A stretch of DNA of 64,000 nt from Paramecium tetraurelia. Lineage: Eukaryota. A program made the translations under genes and the position numbers. The stretch spans positions 62,001 to 126,000 of the forward strand of contig CT868418.1 in assembly GCA_000165425.1 (NCBI GenBank). Direction: 5' to 3'. This document shows positions 54,476 through 64,000 of this stretch, piece by piece. Under the pieces are notes generated by a model. It ran no database searches and was not told where the DNA came from. It saw only the letters and a list, made by a program, of their open reading frames with translations. Position 1 is the first letter of the stretch. Every line of letters begins with the position of its first letter.

Positions 54476-55954
54476 TCAAAATTCTTCATACTCTTCTACC
54501 TCAAGTAATTAACCACTTTCTCTTTGATCATATTCATAAAATGCTTTCGCGTCTATTAGCATACTAATGATGATGTCTCCTTGACCACAATTTTGCAAAT
54601 CTGTTAAGGTGATAGCAGTTGAAATCGCTGGTTTAGCCATATCAAATATTTCATCTTTAACATCTTCAACATTAAATCCAAATTTATCCTTATATACTAT
54701 TGCAAATTTCTACTTTATGCTCCAACTTTTAAATAATTGGCCTGAAAAACATGTTGATGACAAAAGAATCAATGGCTGGTTTGTGATACACATTTAAGAT
54801 TCTCCAGAAATATTATATTGCTTATTGACTTTTCTTATTTTCCATAGCAAGTACGAAGTCTATTGTAAATAAAAATGATTTAAACCTAAAAATGTTTTGT
54901 AATCCATTTCTCCCTCAAATGTTTGATACTCCTCAAACACTCTATCAATAAAGATATCTGTCAATCCCCATGAATACTTAGATAGTTCTTATTTTGATAA
55001 TAGACCATTATGATCATTATCCAATTTCAAATATCTTTCATAGACTTTTAAAGCTGATTATTTTGAGAACCAATTCTGACCTAGTTCTTCTAAGGTTAGT
55101 TTCTCCTGTCTCAATTCGTATAACTCTGCTAGGATGGGAGATGTCAACATGTCTTTAATGTATATTCTGCCTGTTCTTTTGGAGTCCAAAAAGAAAAAGA
55201 ACTTCCTTACAGCTGTGATCACATAAAAGGGGTAGAAGTTTTGCTAAAGTTTAAAATAACACTTGATCTTACATCTAATTTCTCTAATTAAGGAAATGTG
55301 GGTATTAATTCAAAGATATAATTCTCAAGATCCTTTTCTCTTAGATATCCATTTCTATATAAATAAGATTCAATAAATACCCAATAGAATCATACAAACT
55401 AATTTATATTCTAGTTTAAAATAGATTAACTTTTCTAACTATTGAATGGAAGAATGCAACAATATCAATTCTACCGTATTCATCCCTGTCAAATTTTAAA
55501 AATGTAGATGCACTAAAAAAATGTCTACATTTGATAGGTAATTATGAAGCAATAGTTAAAAATGAATTATAATTAATTCTTTCCTTCTTATCATCAGGTG
55601 GAGATATATTATTTTTAAGTTCTGTCCATAATTTCTCTAAATCCTCTTTATCTAAAATTTCTCCAGTTTTATGATTCAAAAATCTTGTTCTTGCTTCTTG
55701 TCTAACTCTGAAACTCAATTAATTTTCATTTGTAACTGAGGCCTTTTAGAAAAATTTAGGTATCTTCTTATAACTTGGATCTTCTTCTTATTCCTATTAA
55801 ATTAGACTGTTAATTAAACTTTTTTTCTTGCCTATTCGATGTAATCGAGAAACAGTTGATCAGTTTCATCATCGATTTCTTATGCAGTTCTCTGTTGTTT
55901 GGAGTCAACAAACTTTTTCAAAGTATTCACCCAATCAATACCCTTCTTAGACAT
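54476..55954 (-). CDS. PPP2R3C: PP2A regulatory subunit B'' gamma (PPP2R3C / plant FASS-TON2 family), EF-hands
   Basis: IPKFF; FLKFDRDEYGRIDI; FYVITAVRKFFFFLDSKRTGRIYIKDMLTSPILAEL; LDNDHNGLLSKQEL; DVKDEIFDMAKP; LIDAKAFYEYDQRE. Confidence 0.92.
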
Positions 55955-56001
55955 AATTATTTGAATTTTTAGTTAATATATAATATTTATTATTGAGGTT
56001 T

Positions 56002-56548
56002 TCATTTAAAAATTTAATCAGAAATGTTTCTCCTTCCTCCCTGGAACTCATATTCATTATTGGATTCAACCACTTGGCCTGATTCAGGATAAACATTTCG
56101 ATATTTTGGTCCAGTTTATGGTTCATTTTGAACTTCTTGATTATTTATGACCTTCTTCATCCCAAATACAAGACCTATTCAATTTTAGGGGATTGATTTA
56201 CCATACAACAGAGGAGTTTATTTAGAATTATTATCTTCTACGATCTTCAATTTTTTTGTTATGAATCCTCTATCCAGCATTTCTTAAGGCATTCCTGCTT
56301 CTGAACTAAATACACTTGTTGTTTAACTATAATGATTGTATTCCATGTATTCTCTGATTAAATCATTGATTATCATATTTTCTAATTCAAATTCCAAATA
56401 TACCCATGGAGAGTTTAGGTTTGTCTTCTGGGTCTTCATTCAAAGCGTTGAATATCTCTGCTCTTATTCTCGCTCTCAATTGAGACAAGACTCCTCGTGA
56501 TTCCAGAGTTTCTTTCAGAGCGTCTTTCATTTCATTTATTGTTGTCAT
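56002..56548 (-). CDS. FOR20: FOR20/FOPNL (CEP20), TOF/LisH basal-body protein
   Basis: MTTINEMKDALKETLESRGVLSQLRARIRAEIFNAL; NMIINDLIREYMEYNHYSQTTSVFSSE (LisH); PLLYG motif. Confidence 0.9.
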
Positions 56549-56564
56549 AATTTTAATTAATAAT

Positions 56565-58560
56565 ATGAGAAAGCAATTCTCATTCAAGCCCCTATCAACT
56601 CACAACGATAATCAAAGTTTATAAACTAAATCAGACTCTATTGGTAGATTTCGCTCAATCATCGCTATTCGTAAAATATAGACCACCTGTTAATTTCTAA
56701 AAATTAAACAAGAGTTGGCACTTGAATTTCCTGAAATTCCAATACAATCCAAGAATCAAAGTTAAAAAGCCAAAATCTTCTCAACAAAGCCTCAATTCCA
56801 TACTGATTTCCCTATCAAAGAAGATCTTAGTTAATTTTCAAAAAAGATTCAATAGACAATCAAGACTAGCTTTAAGAAATGTCGATACCAGAACAAGACT
56901 AATTAGACAATTCTTACAAATGAGCTCCCCACTGTCTTTTATTTCAACATAACAATCACATATGAAGAATAGGAAACATCTTATTAACTTATTCGCCGTT
57001 TGGGAAACATTTAAAAAACCGAATAGAATAATAGCAAATAATTCAAAGCCAAAAATCTCCTCAAAATTGTAGGGGTCTTCGAAAAATATGACACTAGACC
57101 CATTTTCACTTTTAAGGTATTTTTACTATGATTTAAGATTAGAAGTTTTTATAAAATGTACTTACAAAACTAAATCGAATGGAACTATCAACACTTTTAT
57201 GATCACTACCCAAAATCCTTGTTTCTGGATTCCATTGACAAAAAAAAGAATAAATTAATCTCTCGATCAATATATTAATTTAATACAAAAACAGAATTAT
57301 TTAAATTACAGTAACAGTTTTGTGGAATTTTAAGCATAGAAACAACAAATAATTAACAAACAAACTTCATGATTGAGAATGACCAAGAAGAGGAAGATCA
57401 ACTTGATACTAGTGTTAAAATAATTTAATGCAGTAGAAGAATCAAACTTTTCAAATCTCCTCTTCAATGCATAGTGAATAGACTTGATATTGAGACACAA
57501 AATTAATTACTGACTGAGTGTGAAGAGCACTCTTTTACATTCCCATAATAACATTCTTAACACTTTAATCGGCATTTGCAATTCAAAGTACCAGATTAAA
57601 ATTGTATTGCCTTTAGGTTTTACAATAATTATTATGAAATATTAAATGGAATATTTGAAGATACTCATGAAATATTAAATTTGCAAGATAACATCACTAT
57701 GCTTGAATTTGAAGAGCCTTAAGAAAATCAAAAGCCTAAAATGGTCCAATCAACATAACATCAACAAATTTAACCAAAAAAATTGAATTTTGAGTCTATA
57801 ATGAAAAAATCAAAACATCAACCTTCTATTACTTAGGAAATATCTCCAAGGAGTGATCACTCACAGATAAGTACAATGAGAACTCCTAGAGAAGGTTAAT
57901 TATTGCCAGTTCTAATAAAACCTTAACTTGAAAACAATAAAATTAAATTAAGAACCAGTCCTCCATCCTATGATGACAATATTAGCAACTCTAACAATAA
58001 TCAATAGTATTCTACACATCATTCCAAAACCATTTCGTAAACAGATATGGTCTCCTTAAATACTCCAAGGTCATAACGAACTTCTTTAGCCATAAATTTG
58101 TCTCTTAGAACATCAATGACCAAAAATTCCCTTAAGACGAGAACTTTAGTGGTGGAACAATTCAAGAAATCATAGCAGAAAGCCAATCAATTAGCTGGAC
58201 TATTGATTTAAGAGAATAAATACAATGAAGTACAGTTTAAAATAATTAATTAATAGCTTGTTGAACTATTTAATAGCAACCCTAATCTAAGAATTGACGA
58301 AAGAATATCTAATGGGAATACCTATTTGATGTTGGCTGCCCAAGGAGGCAATTTAGACATCTGCGAATTAATACTGTCGAAAGGAGCCTCTGTAAATTTA
58401 TAAAATGTACAATAATCAATTATAGTTATTTTAGTTACAAGGAGACACTGCTCTGCATAAGGCATTCCAATATGGCAATTTCAGCGTTGCTGATCTTTTA
58501 GTATCTTATGGAGCCTAGGTAATGGTAAATGACAAAGGGAAGACTCCTTGGTAAATGTGA
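56565..58560 (+). CDS. Protein with C-terminal ankyrin repeats
   Basis: Long low-complexity body, then GNTYLMLAAQGGNLDICELILSKGASVN and GDTALHKAFQYGNFSVADLLVSYGA...GKTPWQM*. Confidence 0.8.
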
Positions 58561-58707
58561 ATAATTTACTTTTATTCATTATAACATACGATTTACACTT
58601 ATTTTATGATCTAGACCCCAAAAACAACGATCTCCTGTGGAGTAAGTTAAATTTAAATCTTAAAGTTCAAAATATGGTTGTAATTAAGTTTATAATAAAA
58701 TTAATAA

Positions 58708-61249
58708 ATGAATCAACAATTTAGAGTGGAATACTTGAGAATCAAACCTTATCGGTACCGTAGATTACCCTCACTTAATGCCACAGGCAGTCAAATTTTC
58801 AAGTACAGAGAGAGTTATAGGTTAGTCTCTCTTAGGAAATGGGTACATCGAGAACTAAGAAGAATTTAGTAAAACCGATGCTGGTATACATGCTGATTAT
58901 TCTCTAAGTAATCTCTATCAAACAAAAAAGAGGATGGCAAGAACTTCTATCATCATTCTACTATCTACAATGTAAAAGAGTTTAAGGAATTGAGCAAACT
59001 TCAAGAGTAAGTATATATTATGACATTTAGTTATCAAGAGCCTAATCTCGCTAAATACACAGAATTGTAGACTAAAATTATGGTTGCTGATTTCAAAAAG
59101 AAAGTTCATGCATTCCTATAAAAAAACAATTATAAGACTAATTTGATTGGTAGTAAAATAACTTCATCATTACATGAATTGGAATCATTTCAATCAACCA
59201 ATAATGAAGAATAGCTTAATAAATCTCTTTGCTCTAACAAATATACAATTCGAACTGAATGTAAATAATCTTGATTACTTTAGACAAATCTATGAAAGCA
59301 ACAGAGATACTAGTAATTAGTAATAATAAGGTTGTCTCAAGATAGATTATCTCCAGTGAATTAATTCAACAAAGACTATTAAAATAAATGGAAAATTTTC
59401 TTAAAGATGATAGATTTAACTACGATCTAAAGTACTCAATAAATTTCTATTAGGATGCAAACTATGATAGATCAATATGAAGATATTGTCAATAGGATTA
59501 GACAATAGGCATACACAATTAAAATTCCATAGAGTTATGAAATTTAAATGAGTGATTACAATGAGTTTTACTATAAAAAAGAAGAACCAAAAATCCCTTC
59601 TTTAAATGATAAATTAGAAATCTTGGCTGACTAGATCATATAAGAAATCTAACAATCAAGAGAATCTACACCATAATTGTAAAATCAAATTAATGAAGAG
59701 TAACAGGAGGATATTTCACCATATATTGATGAGATAGTTAAAACGGAACCTGTCTATACAAAAGAAGAAGAAGCCGCAAATGCCAACAATGAATAGCTTG
59801 GTCAAAGGAAGATAACACAGAGAAAAGGGAAGCCCAGAAAGAAGTAATAACAATAATAATAACAACAATAATAATAGTAAAATGAAACAACATCTGATAA
59901 TAACAATCAGAAATCTTAATAGTCTAGCTAATCAGAATTACCTGATGTTTCTACCTCTTAGCAATTTCATTATTAAAGAGAAATAAGAGAAAAAAAGAAT
60001 AGTTAATAAAATACACAACCAATTTAAGCTTAAGAATAAATTATTGAAACTGATCCTCATCAATAAAATTAACTACCACAAAATTAGCCTGCTGACTAAA
60101 ATAGCAATAAAAAACATTCAACAAATGATAAACCAAAAGGCAAGGTTCACTCAAGGAAAGTAACGGGAGATACTGTTTCTTAAAGATAAGTTCCTCTATA
60201 TTTAGAGGCTCCAAAAGATTAAATTCTAGAGACCTTAAGCGAAAGGTCATAGGATGAGAACTAATAATTTGAAGATGTTTAATCTAAAAAGCAGTAATCT
60301 CCAAAAAAAGAGCATTAAGAAACTAATTAAATAGAAAATCAGGAAATTGATATTGTCTAAAATGATTTCGAAGGAATAAATTAGTAAATAGACCAGTCTG
60401 AAATAAAACCATTAATTCATCCGATTTCAAACAGTAAACCGCTACGCAATCCTGAATAAAGAGATGCTGTTGATATTTGGGATAATGGTATACCAACAGT
60501 CATTAGGCCAATCCCTAGACCTTAACCAACTGTATAGGAGATCCAAACAATTGAACAACAGTAAAAGCAAAATAGTAATACCAATCTATAATAAGCAGAA
60601 GATATAGACTTAAATTAAGGAAAAGCCTCAGAAGGTTCAGAAAAATAATAAATTATTAATGAACAATCTTTGAAATCTGATCCAAGTTTGAATACATCAG
60701 AAACTAAATCAATAAAAAAAGAAGATTCTCAAACTAAATCCTTGCAATAATAAAATAAGGGCGTTATTACTAAAAAAGTTTAAGAATAAAAAGAAAAAAA
60801 CTCTGTTAAAATTTCAAAGTAGACTGTTGAATAAAAAGATTAATAAGTAGAAGATAATAGTAATATTGATTACTAATAGATTATCAATGAAAAAATGAAA
60901 TAAATTGAACAGCAACTTCAAGAACCTTGTCTTGATATCATTGATATCTTATTGGCTTCAGATTTAGTATATAATGTAAATATAGAAAATTATAAAATCT
61001 CAAAATCATATAAAAAGAAAGTCAATCATCCAAAATTTATGTTTGAATAGAAGGATGAAGAGGAAGTGTATACTCATTAGTAAATTCTTTATTTAATTTA
61101 GGGTAATTTGGAGACACGAATTATAGGAAGTAATACCGAAATTGTAAAATTTAAATAAACAAATTGAGGTTTAAATTGATGATAATGATGACTATATAAG
61201 AAGTAATGTTTACACAATAGAAGAAGTAAATGATGAATCTGATAATTGA
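58708..61249 (+). CDS. Large Q/E/N-rich low-complexity protein
   Basis: Spliced code-6 ORF with poly-Gln (TAA/CAA/TAG) tracts; ends ...VNDESDN*. Confidence 0.65.
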
Positions 61250-62348
61250 TTATTATGACTAAATATCTAATATATTAATTCGATATCATTTTTAAATATG
61301 CTCGTACATATTCCAGATGAATTTATACTTTGGTTTAAACAAGTTTAATATTTTAATGCTTATGCTGAAGTATGCATAAATATACAAAGAATTTTTGATC
61401 ATCTTTATTAATAATTCCGATTAATTATTACTTTCAGTCTCTTTTGATTGGGAGTTATTGATATCTACTTTAGATTAATCAGAATCTTAATCATCCTCTT
61501 CCCTTTGAATTTAATTGTTTGTATTAATTTTTATGGTGTTGTTCCCATCCTTTAATAAAAGGTCCTGCATAATTATTTAATAAATATAATATCATAACAA
61601 TAATTTAAACAACTTATAAGATAACAAATTTCTTAAGCGATATATATTAGCACTAAATATTCAAATTAATTATATAATCAAGGTAAATATCATGAAAGAC
61701 TAATAAGTTTCTGAATTTCAGTTATTTTAATTCTATGTTTGGGTAATTAATAAAAAGCATAAACAAATATTATTTGATTAATTTAGATTTATTTCTCAAA
61801 ATTATATTAAAGTAATAATCTCACAAAAAATATCATTTATATTTTATCCTAATATTGATTCAATCATAGTTTAGGAGAAATAAATTGATATCAATAATAA
61901 AATGAAATTGATCAATTATAGTTATTCGATACCTATGATATAATATTATAAATATGCTTATTTCATAATTGATATTCTTTTTTTATAAATATAATCAAAA
62001 TTAAAATCATATTTTCTTGTAATTTTAATAAATGTAACAACTGGAAACATGAAAAATCAGAAGAATGAATAAAAATAAAAATCCATATTATTTAAAGTTT
62101 TATATTTTTTTTAGATTATGTAAAACACATTTAATTTAATATAAAATTTAAGAATTTTTCAAAAAATTTATTTGCTTAAGTGGAGCACATTATATAGCAT
62201 ACCTTAAGAAATTAAGTAAAATATGAGAACCTTAGATTATCTTTAAATTTTATATAGATAAATAATAGTATAAAAAGTTTTACAAAATATATTCAAATAG
62301 CATGTTAATATTTGAGAGATCGTACAAAATATAATAAAAAATATAGAT

Positions 62349-64000
62349 ATGAATTTACAGCAAGAATAAGAAGATGAAAAGAAAAGATAAGCATTTGAAC
62401 AGTTAGGAGATAATCCTACTGAAGTTGATATTAAATATGTTAGCTATTTATTGAAAATTCCATTGCTTACAATAAGATAGTGGCTAGATGAAAAAACAGG
62501 AGTTGATGTTCAAATTGAAATCCAACCTGAAGAAGAAAAGGATGTGTAGATAATTGGGATAGCATAAAAAAAAAAAATACAATTACAAAGTTTAAAAAAT
62601 CTCTAAATAAAAGAAGAGGAGCCTTCAGTATAATAGATAACTGAATTTCAGAAAAAAAAAACTAAAATTCCAGAACCAAAAGAAAAGTAAAGATAACGTC
62701 GAAGAAAAGTGGCAAATAAGTCATCCACAGCAAGCAAAAAGCTCCAAAAATTTAATTCCAAAAATTAAAATATATTAAATAATCAAACATCACTATAAGA
62801 TAGTAATAGTAAGAGTTAAAATCAGAAATAATAATCCAATAATAACTAATTAAAATAATTAGATTAGATTTAATAAAATTTGGCTGAAATTGTATAGAAT
62901 GACATTTAGTAAAATTAATCTTAAAATGATAAACAATAAAATCAAAATATTGCGAAAGATTAATAATAAATTATAAATCAAAATGCTGAAAAGCTACAGT
63001 AAAATAAATAACCAGAGTAAGTATCAAAGCCACTCAGAATTTGCATTTAGAATTAGGATCAACTATAAAAATAATCTTAATAAAATAATAATTAAAATCT
63101 ATAAGCATAATAATTATAAAATTAATTGAATACATCTACTTAAATTGATGTGAATTCAAATGCACAACCTATAAATATGTAGTAATAATAATAATAATAA
63201 TAAATTAAAAAATAATTTATATCATAGAATAATTAAAAAACTAATACAATATAATAAGCAAATAACTAATCGAAATAACCTCAGAATCAGCTTCAAAATA
63301 GCGAAAAATTAAAGCAAATTATTATATTAGATGATGATAATAATATAAGCTAAATCATTAAAAATAAAATTAAACAGGTACAATAACCAAAGTAACAATA
63401 ACCAAAAGATTAAAATCAGTAAAAGTTGCCTTAAAATGGTAATCCCAATTAAAAATTAAATAATACTGATTCTAATAATTTAAATAAAAAAAATCAGATT
63501 TCACAACCAAATTAATAAAATGTTGCATAAACATCAAATGAATAACGCATTATCAATAGTTCTTCTGAAAATTTCATTTAATAATAAAACAAATCACTTG
63601 ATGTTTAAATGGCAATTCCTTAAAAAGAGTAAAATGTTTAAAATAAACAAAATTTGATTTAAAAAGACGTAGGCAGTAATTCTAATTATTCTTAATAATA
63701 ATAAGAATTATTAAAATAACATACAGTTTTTGAATCTAATAGTTTTACTAATTAATAATAAGTATAACATTATTTATAATAAATTCCTCATTAATAGGGT
63801 GTATAATAACATCTTAGTGATTTTTAGCATAGTTAAAATAGTTAATAAATTTTTGAGTAAAAATAATCAAACTTTAGGTAATAACAAAGCCTAAATTATA
63901 ATTAAAATGATAATTCTGAAGCACAACGATTTGCAGGTATACCACCATAAGTTCAACCGAATTAATAAACCTCAAACAATCAAAACCTACTCATACAATA
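62349..64000 (+). CDS. Q/N-rich protein with an N-terminal homeodomain-like helix-turn-helix (runs off window)
   Basis: QAFEQLGDNPTEVDIKYVSYLLKIPLLTIRQWLDEK, a basic RQRRRK patch, then several hundred Q/N-rich codons with no TGA seen. Confidence 0.65.

Overview
AT-rich, extremely gene-dense eukaryotic DNA that reads as a ciliate macronuclear chromosome, most likely Paramecium. TAA/TAG encode Gln (translation table 6), TGA is the only stop, introns are ~20-29 nt GT-AG, and trichocyst matrix protein genes are present. The supplied standard-code ORF track therefore shows only fragments. Re-reading by hand with code 6 and splicing gives about 38 protein genes. They include a CDPK, a mitochondrial-type TypA/BipA GTPase, several kinases (one with a MYND finger, one CDKL5-like), a MIR-domain protein, a Trm82/WDR4-like protein, a cyclin, an FHA-RINGv-FHA ligase, SF-assemblin, an amino-acid transporter, EMC4, two trichocyst matrix proteins, an XRCC3-like Rad51 paralog, proteasome alpha-1, PPP2R3C/FASS-like and FOR20. 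There is one assembly gap (12030-12602). I recognised no rRNA, tRNA, CRISPR, telomere or transposon. The most notable observations are: (1) a FOR20 (TON1 family) gene 47 bp upstream of a PP2A B''-gamma (FASS/TON2 family) gene, near a CDKL5-like kinase; (2) two coiled-coil genes separated by one in-frame TGA plus 9 nt, with the other shortest tandem spacers also in frame; (3) divergent gene pairs with only 16-26 bp between ATGs; (4) an 8-nt micro-exon; (5) several apparently decaying genes. All coordinates come from manual translation, so gene starts and minor exon boundaries may be off.
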